Below, piece by piece: positions 10,000 through 19,334 of a DNA stretch of 19,949 nt; the first letter of the stretch is position 1; each line of letters opens with the position of its first letter. Position numbers and translations under genes: made by a program. The stretch is taken from NCBI RefSeq assembly GCF_006345805.1, contig NW_021824074.1, forward strand, positions 1 through 19,949. Direction: 5' to 3'. This stretch comes from Octopus sinensis. Lineage: Eukaryota. A model generated the notes under the pieces. It saw nothing but the letters and a program-made list of their open reading frames with translations, searched no databases and was not told the origin of the DNA.

Positions 10000-10432
10000 A
10001 TATATATATATATATTATATATATATATATAATATATATATTAATATATCTGTATGTATATAGTCATCCACATATATATTCGTATATGTATATTTATGTG
10101 TGCGCGTGCATGTGTGTGCGTATGGATTGCGTTAAACATAAATATGAGTATGTGTTTGTGTGTGTATGTGTGTGTGTGTGTGTGTGTGTGTCTGTGTGTT
10201 ATTGTATAGTTCGACATGAATACCACCACCACAGACAATGTGTCTAATAAAGCTGTACAATGTTGACATGTCTGACGGCGGTAGACATGTTTGAGCACTC
10301 TTCAGTCTTTAGAGGAAGCAAAGTTGGAAATCAATGAATTGTTGCTTCCCCCGCCTCTCTCTTTCTCTTTCTCTCTCTCCCCCTCTCTCTCCCTCTCTCT
10401 CACTGTATCCCTATATACACTGACACACACAT

Positions 10433-10463
<31 letters not shown>

Positions 10464-10467
10464 TACG

Positions 10468-10550
<83 letters not shown>

Positions 10551-10620
10551 GTATATATGTACGTACGTATATACGTATGTGTGTGCGTATGTATGCATGT
10601 ATCTATGTATATATCCATTT
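9690..10620. repeat. Cluster of (CA)n, (TA)n, (CT)n and (TG)n microsatellites
   Basis: Multiple dinucleotide tracts separated by short unique spacers. Confidence 0.9.
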
Positions 10621-10918
10621 ATGCATGGAGAGAGAGAGGGATTTGGAAAGAGAGAGAAATAGAGAAACAGAATAATACTTACTACATTGATTGGTAAGAA
10701 TAAAAGAGAAAGAAGATGGAGAGGAAAGGGTATGTAAAAGATGGGTGGTAGAATAGATTAGGGGAGCGGAGGAGGGGAGAGAGAAGAGCGCCTGGGTGAA
10801 TAAATGAAACAGTGGGTATTTGTTTAAATGAGTAAAGGAATTAAAGAGGGATGGGCAGAATGGGAAGGATGAGAAGGGAGGAGAAGTAATGTTCGAGTAT
10901 GAGTGAGGGATTATGTTG

Positions 10919-11480
10919 TGAATGAATGAGTTAGTGAGTGAGAGAATGAGTGAGGGGGTGAATGAGTGAGTGAGTGAGTGAGTGAGTTAGTGAGTGAGAG
11001 AATGAGTGAGGGAGTGAATGAATGAGTGAGTGAGTGAGTGAGTGAGTGAGTGAGTGAGTGAGTGAGTGAGTGAATGAGTGAGTGAGTGAGTGAGTGAGTG
11101 AGTGAGAGAATGAGTGACGGAGTGAATGAGTGAGTGAGTGAGTGAGTGAGTGAGTGAGTGACTGAATGAGTGAGTGGGTGAGTGAATGAGTGAGCAAGTG
11201 AGTGAGTGAGTGAGAGAAAGAGTGAATGAGCAAGCGAGTGAGTGAGTGAGTATGTGAGCAACCGAGTGATTGAGCAAACGAGTGAGTGAACAAACGAGTG
11301 AAATGATTGAGCGAGTGAACAAGCGAGTGAGTGAATGAGTGAGTAAGAGAAGGAGGGAGTGGGTGAGTGAGTGAATGAGTGAGTGAACAAGCGAGTGAGT
11401 GAGTGAGTGAGTGAACAAGTGAGTGAGTGACTGACTGACTGACTGACTGACTGGGTGAGTGAGTGAGTGAGTGAACGAGT
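10919..11480. repeat. Long degenerate (GAGT)n microsatellite with a (GACT)n patch
   Basis: About 560 bp of 4-bp periodicity; explains the THSL-type ORFs. Confidence 0.95.
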
Positions 11481-11499
11481 GCATAGATCTGTGAATAAA

Positions 11500-11785
11500 C
11501 GTACGTTCGAAACACAAATCCGATACCGTACCAATCGGTAACGTTCCATCCCCATCGGAACCAAAAACTTCGAAGCCAGCAGAAGAGGAAAGGAAGAAAT
11601 CAAAGGAAAGGAGAGAAAGGCTCGACAAAACAAGCCTCATCCTTCACCAACATTACCATGCAGTCACTGCCATCAGTTCTATGCAAGAATTGGTCAACAG
11701 AGGAATCTGCAGCATCACCATAAAGGAAGCGTTCAGCAAAGAAGAAAAAATAAAGTCTCGGATACGAGATGGAATCGACGACGAT
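11500..11785 (+). mobile_element. 3' end of an RTE-clade LINE with C-terminal C2H2-like zinc finger
   Basis: Translation IGTKNFEASRRGKEEIKGKERKARQNKPHPSPTLPCSHCHQFYARIGQQRNLQHH resembles the RTE C-terminal CxxC..ARIGL.SH..H motif. Tail GATGGAATCGACGACGAT. Confidence 0.75.
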
Positions 11786-11937
11786 ATATGTAAACATACA
11801 TATATATATATATGTGGGCGGGGGCGTGTGTGTGCGTGCGTGTATATATATATGTGTGTGTGTATATATATGTGTGTGTGTGTATATATATGTGTGTATA
11901 TATATGTGTGTGTGTGTGTGTATGTGTGTGTGTATAG

Positions 11938-12303
11938 TCTTTTATTCTTTTACTTGTTTCAGTCATTTGACTGCGGCCATGCTGGAGCACCGCCTTAAAG
12001 AGTGTTGGTCGAAGAAATCGACCCCAAGACTTATTCCTTGTTAGCCTAGTACTTATTCTAATGGTCTTTTTTGCCGAACCGCTAAGTTACGGGTACATAA
12101 ACACATAAACATCGGTTGTAAAGCGATGGCGGATAGACAAACACTGACACACACACACGAAAATATATATATATATATATAATATATATATATATATACG
12201 ACGGGCTTCTTTCCGTTTCCGTCTACCAAATCTACTCACAAAACTCTGGTCAGCCCGGAAGCATGTGGTTGGTAAACAAGCTTCTTACAACACACCCACG
12301 CCT
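11938..12303 (-). mobile_element. SINE family D with internal microsatellite and no B-box
   Basis: Minus head AGGCGTGGGTGTGTTGTAAGAAGCTTG, body GGTAGACGGAAAC, internal (TA)/(TG) tract, tail CATGGCCGCAGTCAAATGACTGAAACAAGTAAAAGAATAAAAGA. Recognised from recalled octopus repeats. Confidence 0.75.
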
Positions 12304-12344
12304 ATGTGTGTGTGTGTGTGTGTGTATACATATATATATGAAAA

Positions 12345-12561
12345 TATCAAAGGTCCTTTGCGAGCCATATGCTCCTTCTTAGGCCAGTTAACGGGATTCT
12401 GTGACGTAACTATTTCCCCACTGGTCGGGAAGCCGGTCTGTCGCAAGGTTATTCATTTTTGCCAGTCGACTGAACGGGAACAACGCGAAGTAAAGTGCGT
12501 TGCTCCAGAACACAACGCATCATGAGTGTAACACCTTAACCACACCCCCACACACCTCCAC
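12345..12561 (-). mobile_element. Diverged SINE family B lacking B-box
   Basis: Reverse complement aligns to 6192-6312 (GTGGAGG...TCATGA/GCGTTGTGTTCT...CACTT.A.TTC.CGTTG) with about 36 bp missing. Confidence 0.7.
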
Positions 12562-12699
12562 ATATACACAAGGAATTCCAATTTAATCGGAATCTACACG
12601 ATCTGAAACATATTTGTAGGAAAGATGTATTTAATTTTCTCAAGGTTATGAAGAAGCAAATCTTTGGGACACATTTGCGTTGATATGCCTAAATATTTA

Positions 12700-12737
<38 letters not shown>

Positions 12738-13181
12738 AGGATGTGCATAAAACTAACTCTGTAAAAATGAATGTGTTTGTATATATATTTGTATAATAAG
12801 AGATCTCCCAAAAATCAATTTCCTTCATTACTAACTACTGTTTCTGGCACACATATTTACGCAATTTTGATTTTGAAGTATTTAAAAAATTATTTGGAAA
12901 TTATAAAGAGAAACGAATGGTAGATTTCGGACTGTCCGTATCTTAAAACCACGAATTAAAACAAAACGTGTGTCAAATATTTCCCCAGAAGTTCATGGCT
13001 TCACAGGAATAAGCGTGGAAAACTGCATCGATATAACCAATTTTCAAATTTTTAGTTCCTTTCTAAAAATGCAAATTTTGTGAATGAAACAAATTAGATC
13101 CTGAATAAGAAATGAATGTTTAATATGACAGATTTTTCTACGTCATTTTAAAAGGGGGCTGATTTTGTGACTCAAACTAAC

Positions 13182-13186
<5 letters not shown>

Positions 13187-13230
<44 letters not shown>

Positions 13231-13260
13231 TTGTGTGTGTGTGTATAGATAGATAGATAG
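13187..13260. repeat. (TG)n followed by (GATA)n
   Basis: Tandem arrays. Confidence 0.95.
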
Positions 13261-13282
13261 ATTGATATATAACGATAAGCGT

Positions 13283-13416
13283 CGCCTTTTTCACGCCTAG
13301 CCAGGCTCATGGGCCCGGTTTCCCGGTTTGTGTGACGTATGTGTTCCTCCCAGCTGGACGAGACGCCAGTCCATCGCAGCGTTACTCAAGAAATAGGAAG
13401 AGAGAGTGAGAGAAAG
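13283..13416 (-). mobile_element. SINE 3' fragment combining the family B tail with a family C internal segment
   Basis: 13283-13360 matches the reverse complement of 6316-6380. GAAATAGGAAGAGAGAGTGAGAGAAAG matches 7952-7978. Confidence 0.7.
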
Positions 13417-13510
13417 GGTCAATAAATTAAGTACCAGTTGCGTACTGGGGTCGATCTAATCGACTGGTCCCCAACCCAAAAATTTCGAGCCTTGTGCCTA
13501 GAAAAGAATA
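13416..13510 (+). mobile_element. SINE family A 3' half
   Basis: GGGTCAATAAATTAAGTACCAGTTGCGTACTGGGGTCGATCTAATCGACT...GCCTTGTGCCTAGAAAAGAA. Confidence 0.85.
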
Positions 13511-13748
13511 GAATTTTACATGTTAAACATATTCCTGGAAGCTGTTATGTAAATATTAATGACTTCTAGGGACTCCGTATTTCATTATGCAACCATAAAT
13601 ATACTACAAAATATATTAAATTCCTGAAATGTGTCGTATACGCTCATTACCCATTTTTCGTCTTCGATCTCGTTGTTTGTTTACATCTGGTGTCTCGGAT
13701 ACGAAACGTCGAAACAAAATCAATGCGGGCTTTAATTTTTATAGAACA

Positions 13749-14257
13749 CTAGCAGTATCGCCCGGCGTTGCTCGGGTTTGTAAGGGAAATAACTATATAA
13801 GCATTTTTAGAGAGTTACTTCCCTTATAGATGCCAATTCGGGCTTTCTTAGCCATTTCTGTTTTGGTGTCTTCAAGCCATGATGTCGTTGTTCTAAAAGA
13901 ACGCTGGTCTCCTTGACAACGCTTTACGACGTTAATTTCCTTACACTCCCTTCCCCACAGCTTCACGAGGAGGGAAGAAGGGGGAGAAGCAAACAGGTGC
14001 AGGTGTGACCATGGCCGCCAACTCCGCCGCCGCCACACGAAAAATTATACATTAAAATGGAATAAAAAATGATGTTAAATTATTTTTAAAATCGTAGACT
14101 CATCGTAGACGCGCGCTAATACTCAGACGGGCTCGATATGAATCACGACTATAAGATACCCGAATTTGGTTAAACTGCACCGCAAAATGTGGGAGTAGTT
14201 AGGAATCTAAATCGAAGGGGACAGACACTCACACAACTACAGTTTTATATATATAGA
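13749..14257 (-). mobile_element. Complete 509-bp non-autonomous Helitron
   Basis: Minus strand A^TCTATATATATAAAACTG ... CCCGAGCAACGCCGGG (hairpin) CGATACTG CTAG^T: 5' TC, 3' hairpin plus CTAG, A|T insertion, no TSD. Confidence 0.85.
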
Positions 14258-14963
14258 TATGTAGAGATAATCTTAACAAAAGAGTGAATAGGATATCTTC
14301 TAAAAGTTCAATATTAATTTTATTTTCATGAAAATGTAGTTTTATGGCATTTTTTTAAGGAATCAAATAACACTGAACCACTGAATCAAATATCACAACG
14401 AGTCATAATTTTTGCGAGCCTCCATCTTGGATTTTCATTTTTTTTTTTTTCACTTTTTAATTCCCGACTTATTTTCGATTTATCACGCTATCTTAACTAA
14501 CAGTCAGGAAAAAAAAAACATACACCCAGAGCTAAACCTTTCTGCGATGTTTAGGTACTTAAATTCGCCATTCAAATTACGGGTATAAATTCATCATTAA
14601 CATACATCGATCTTAGTATTAATTGTATAATTTACTGTAATTCTCCATGTTTATAAATTTGGTGCTTGTTACTTTTGGCTGACATTTTCATAATGTTTAT
14701 GCTAACAAAATTACACATCATTAATAACTATTAACTATTATTTTAACGGATAAATCAGGATTTCAAAAACATTGATTAACAGAAATACATAACATGTATA
14801 TTGATCTTATGTTTATATTTAGCTTCTTTTTTTTTCTTTAGAAGGGTAACCAGGTACGAATAACACGTGTAATTATATCGATAGCATACACTAATCTTAG
14901 TATTAATTATGTAATTTATTGTATATTTAACTTTATGTGTATTCACATGTGTGTGTTAATGTC

Positions 14964-15037
14964 TGTATGTATGTATGTATGTATGTATGTATGTATATAT
15001 ATGTATGTATGTATGTATATATATATATATATAATAT

Positions 15038-15070
<33 letters not shown>

Positions 15071-15160
15071 TTGTATGTATGTATGTATGTATGTATGTAT
15101 GTATGTATGTATGTATGTATATATATGTATGTATGTATGTATGTATATATGTATGTATGC
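14964..15160. repeat. (TATG)n/(TA)n compound microsatellite
   Basis: Tandem arrays. Confidence 0.95.
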
Positions 15161-15166
15161 AAGATA

Positions 15167-15506
15167 AGTTTCTTTATTGGCCACACAGGGCTGCACACAG
15201 ATGGGACAAGTTACAAGGTAGAGCTTTTCTTTCGAAGGAGAAAAAAAAAAGGTGGCGTAGGTTTTCGATCAAAAGGGATCGTAAAAGGGAAAAAAGAACA
15301 AAAGGAAAAGAAGAAAAAAAGAAAAAAAGGAAAAGAAAAAAAGAAAAAGAAAAAAGGAAAAAAAAGAAAAAAGAAAAAAGGAAAAAAAAGAAAAAAGAAA
15401 AAGGAAAAAAAAGAAAAAAAGGAAAAAAGAAGAAAATGAAAAAAGAAGAAAAGAGAAAAAAAGGGGGAGAGGAAAAGAAACGATCAATAGGGATCGTGTA
15501 TCACAG
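15167..15506 (-). mobile_element. 5'-truncated L1/Tx1-like 3' UTR insertion with 13-bp TSD
   Basis: TSD TGTATGCAAGATA at 15154-15166 and 15507-15519. Minus strand ends GCCCTGTGTGGCCAATAAAGAAACT after a long polypyrimidine tract. Homologous to 511-709. Confidence 0.75.
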
Positions 15507-15513
15507 TGTATGC

Positions 15514-15515
<2 letters not shown>

Positions 15516-15574
<59 letters not shown>

Positions 15575-15619
15575 TGATTGATAGATAGATAGATAGATTG
15601 ATTGATAGATAGATTGATT

Positions 15620-15650
<31 letters not shown>

Positions 15651-15662
15651 TGATAGATAGAT

Positions 15663-15702
<40 letters not shown>

Positions 15703-15711
15703 TGATAGATT

Positions 15712-15795
<84 letters not shown>

Positions 15796-15796
15796 T
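15516..15796. repeat. (GATA)n with GATT variants
   Basis: Tandem array of about 280 bp. Confidence 0.95.
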
Positions 15797-16084
15797 ACAT
15801 ATATTGCATATATATAGATATATATATAGAGAGAGGGAGGGAGTAGAGAGAAAAAGAGGCTCAGCATCGTAAAATTACATGTGTGTGTATGTGTGTGAGC
15901 GCGCTTATGTATGTATGTATGTACATATGTATGTATGTATGTATGTTTAGGGTGGGTGGTTATTTTTTTTTTTCGAGATGGAAATGAAATATTATTTACT
16001 ACAGAGTGTGGGCGTGGAAAGCACTTCAATTTTTAAAAACATGTACAGAGTTGCAAAAAAGTATCTAATGATTGTTTCGCATGT

Positions 16085-16292
16085 TAACACAGGGCCAACA
16101 ATATTAAGAGGATGGATTGTACGATGACACCGACCGCACAGCCCTTCCTTCCCACCAGAACTTGTAGTTGACAGATTTTATTTCATCGATTATAAAAAAG
16201 ATGGAAGGCAAGGATGATCTCGGCGGGATTTGAGCTCAGAACGAAAAAGAGCAAGAAGAAATACCGTTAATGGATTTTGTCCGACGCGCTCA
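16085..16292 (-). mobile_element. Old SINE family A
   Basis: GATGGAAGGCAAGGATGATCTCGGCGGGATTTGAGCTCAGAACG...GAAATACCG. Confidence 0.75.
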
Positions 16293-16294
16293 TT

Positions 16295-16410
16295 CCAAAG
16301 GATGAAAGGCAAAGTCGACCTCGGTGGAATTCGAACTCAGAACGTAGTGGCAGACGAAATACAGTTAAGCATTTCGTCCGGCGTGCTAACGATTCTGCCA
16401 GCTCGCAGCC

Positions 16411-16411
<1 letters not shown>
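16295..16411 (-). mobile_element. SINE family A 5' part
   Basis: Head GCGAGCTGGCAGAATCGTTAGC and B-box GAGTTCGAATTCC on the minus strand. Confidence 0.88.
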
Positions 16412-16468
<57 letters not shown>

Positions 16469-16530
16469 CAACAACAACAACAATAATAATAATAATAATA
16501 AATAATAATAACAACAACAACAACAACAAC

Positions 16531-16577
<47 letters not shown>

Positions 16578-16599
16578 TGATGATGATGATGATGATGAT
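16412..16599. repeat. (AAT)n/(AAC)n/(GAT)n compound microsatellite
   Basis: Trinucleotide arrays. Confidence 0.95.
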
Positions 16600-16995
16600 C
16601 CTTTCTACTGGAAGCACAAGGCTTCAAATTTGGGGGAAGGGATTAAGTCAATTACATCGACCCCAGGGTGTAACTGGTACTTAATTAACCGACCCCGAAA
16701 GGATGAAAGGCAAAGTCGACCTCGATGGAATTTAAACTCAGAACGTAGCGGCAGACGAAATACCTATTTCTTTATTGCCCACAAGGGGCTAAACATAGAG
16801 GGGACAAACAAGGACAGACATAGGTATTAAGTCGATTACATCGATCCCAGTGCGTAACTGGTACTTAATTTATCGACCCCGAAAGGATGAAAGGCAAAGT
16901 CGATCTCGATGGAATTTAAACTCAGAACGTAGCGGCAGACGAAATACCGTTAAGCATTTCGACCGGTGTACTAACGATTCCGCCAGCTCGCAGCT

Positions 16996-16996
<1 letters not shown>
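16600..16996 (-). mobile_element. Composite SINE family A: head, body, AATAAAGAA tail, body, (ATC/ATT)n tail
   Basis: 124-bp body at 16825-16948 and 16641-16764; internal tail 16765-16824; terminal tail GCCTTGTGCTTCCAGTAGAAAGG(ATC)n. Confidence 0.88.
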
Positions 16997-16997
<1 letters not shown>

Positions 16998-17056
<59 letters not shown>

Positions 17057-17078
17057 TAATAATAATAATAATAATAAT
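16998..17078. repeat. (AAT)n microsatellite
   Basis: Tandem array. Confidence 0.95.
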
Positions 17079-17374
17079 CAGAAATTCAAAAGATAGTGCT
17101 CATGGGAACTGCTCATATCCTACGCAAAATACTTGTAATCTCAAGGTTTAAAACAAACATAATTTTCGGTTTAAAAAAATAAATAAATAAATAAAAAATA
17201 AAAAAAAATAAAAAAACCTTTTTTAGACATTCATTAGTACAACACCCCCACCCCCCAAATATATGGCACACTAAGCATAACAACAACATGAACTTCCAAC
17301 CCTGTTGTCTCTTGAGGTCTCTGGGTGAGACTTGGAGCCAACTTGTACAAATATAAAGCAAAAGTCAAACATAG
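17079..17374 (+). mobile_element. R4/Dong-type LINE 3' end (ORF terminus plus 3' UTR) in (AAT)n
   Basis: EIQKIVLMGTAHILRKIL, homologous to IQKIALLGTAHILRRTL at the end of the 18079-19286 element. (AAT)n on both sides. Confidence 0.8.
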
Positions 17375-17425
17375 AATAATAATAATAATAATAACAACAA
17401 CAACAACAACAAAATATAACAACAA

Positions 17426-17543
17426 AAATGCTTTCTAATCGATGTATTAATACCAACAGATGATGATGTTTCTCTAAAAGAAACGGATAAACTTTCAAAA
17501 TACAAAGACCTGGAAAAGACGAGACTCGAAAGTGGAGCCTAAA
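17426..17543 (+). mobile_element. R4/Dong-type restriction-like endonuclease fragment
   Basis: KCFLIDVLIPTDDDVSLKETDKLSKYKDLE, homologous to KYFLIDVSIPADDNVSLKEMEKLSKYKDLE in the ORF at 18315-18527. Confidence 0.8.
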
Positions 17544-17710
17544 ATGTTTGGCGACATTTCTTTTGGCTCTCGACATTATTAGTTCACATTCCGCCAAAGA
17601 CTGACTCTGTCATTCGTCCTTTCGCGTTCGATAAAATAAGTACCGATTCCACGCAAGGGATGATGTAATCAGTTTTCTCCTCCTTTTAAAACTGCATGGA
17701 CTGTGCCGAA
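17541..17710 (+). mobile_element. Old SINE family A
   Basis: AGTTCACATTCCGCC...TCCTTTCGCGTTCGATAAAATAAGTACC. Confidence 0.7.
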
Positions 17711-17711
17711 T

Positions 17712-17716
17712 ATATG

Positions 17717-17767
<51 letters not shown>

Positions 17768-17972
17768 TGTGTGTGTGTGTGTGTGCGTGCGTGTGTGTGC
17801 GTGTGTGTGTGTGTGCGTATGTGTGTGTGTGTGTAAGTGTGTGTGTGTGTGTGTGTAAGTGTGTGTGTGTGTGTAAGTGTGTGTGTGTGTGTGTGTGCGT
17901 GTGTGTGTGTGTGTGTGTAAGTGTGTGTGTGTGTGTATGTGTGCATGTGTGTGTGTATATATATATATATAT
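17712..17972. repeat. (TG)n with TAAG interruptions, flanked by (TA)n
   Basis: Tandem array. Confidence 0.95.
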
Positions 17973-18078
17973 TAAGTACCAATGAAACACTGAGGGTCGA
18001 TGAAATCGACCTAAGCCCTCCCCACGAATTTCGTACCTTGTTCCTCCAGTAGAAAGGATTATTATTATTATTATTATT
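17971..18078 (+). mobile_element. SINE family A 3' fragment with (ATT)n tail
   Basis: ATTAAGTACCA...GGGTCGATGAAATCGAC...CCAGTAGAAAGG(ATT)n. Confidence 0.8.
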
Positions 18079-19281
18079 CAGTAGTTTTATTTTTATAGCG
18101 TGCTTTCACTTCACTACGAGCGCAGCTCTGTGTGCCTTGGGTATGTGCTGTGATTTGTCGTGATGCTCTGATGGTTACTGTATTGAAAGTGTTCTTCGTA
18201 GGATGTGTGCAGTGCCCAGTAGTGCAATTTTCTGTATGTTATATGTGTTTGTAAGTCCTGGTATTTTTGTTATGTATTTGTCTGAATATTTTTTTATCAT
18301 GCCTAATGTACCTACTATGATAGGAATTTTTCTGTTTTTAGATTCCACATTCTAGTTACCTCGATTTCCAGGTCTTTGTATTTTGAAAGTTTCTCCATTT
18401 CTTTTAGAGACACGTTGTCATCTGCTGGTATTGATACATCAATTAGAAAGTATTTTTTTTCTTCATGATCCCTGACAACTATATCTTGTCTGTTGGCCTT
18501 AATTTCTCTATCTGTGTGTATTGGCATATCCCAGAGTATGGTCGCTTTCTCGTTTTCTGTGACCTTTTCTGCTGTGTGCCTATACCATCTTTTTTCTGTT
18601 GTTATTCCATAATGTTGGCATAGCTTCCAGTGTATGTAGGTCCTAACTCTGTCGTGTCTGTGAATATATTCCTTCTTAGCCAGGACTGGGCAGCCAGAGA
18701 TAATATGATTTATTGTTTCTTGTCAATCTCCACATATTCTGCAGTTACTTGTTATATTTCTTTTCATTATATAATAGAAATATTAAAATATTTATAAGAT
18801 TGCCATATTAGTGTGGTGATAACTATTAATTTTCATTATATGTTTTTGGTAATTTCTGGTGGGAAGCTTTGGTTTTGTGCTGCAATTAAAAATCCCTCTG
18901 TCTCTGCTTTGAGTCCTCAGCTTCTCAACCATTGCTGGGATTTTTCTTTGTCTATTTCATTTGCGTTTAGTTTAGTCCAGTATTTGCCATGAAGGGGCTT
19001 TTCTTGACATCGTTTTATCATGGTCCGTTACTGTTCTAGTTTTATTTTGGATTTCATTTGTTTTATAGCTTTTGTTGTGTCTTCTTCTTCTTCTTCTTCT
19101 TATTCTTCTTCTTCTTCTTCTTCTTCCTTTCTCTTCTTCTTCTTTCCTTCTCTTCTGCTTCTCCTTCTCCTCCTCCCTTCTCTTCTCTTCTTCTTCTTCT
19201 TCTTCTTCTTCTTTTCTTCTTCTTCTTCTCTTCTTCTTCTTCTTCTTCTTCATATTTGTTAGGTGGTATGATTTCTTGTTT

Positions 19282-19286
<5 letters not shown>
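18079..19286 (-). mobile_element. 5'-truncated R4/Dong-clade LINE (CCHC knuckle plus restriction-like endonuclease), pseudogenised
   Basis: Minus translation across stops and frameshifts: EKPLHGKYW...LKAETEGFLIAAQ...CRICGD*QETINHIISGCPVLAKKEYIHRHD...ILWDMPIHTDREIKANRQDIV...LIDVSIP...KLSKYKDL...QKIALLGTAHILRRTLSIQ* (stop 18175-18177). (ATT)n on both flanks, matching the known (TAA)n target of Dong. Confidence 0.9.
19080..19251. repeat. Degenerate (CTT)n / (GAA)n tract inside the LINE ORF
   Basis: Trinucleotide array with coding-like sequence on both sides. Confidence 0.9.
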
Positions 19287-19329
<43 letters not shown>

Positions 19330-19334
19330 TTTAT

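Noticed and set aside
10911-11640. Three long THSL-repeat ORFs (194-240 aa)
   Set aside because: Open only because (ACTC)n has no stop codons; present in all three frames.
12733-13185. Tc1/mariner MITE starting TA-CAAGGATGTGCATAAAA
   Set aside because: No convincing matching inverted terminus at the other end.
13676-13716. CGAAACGTCGAAAC hammerhead-like 3' half
   Set aside because: The upstream core reads CTGGTGT, two mismatches from CTGANGA, and stem I is weak.
14935-15528. Lys-rich 197-aa ORF
   Set aside because: Microsatellite plus the antisense of a polypyrimidine 3' UTR.
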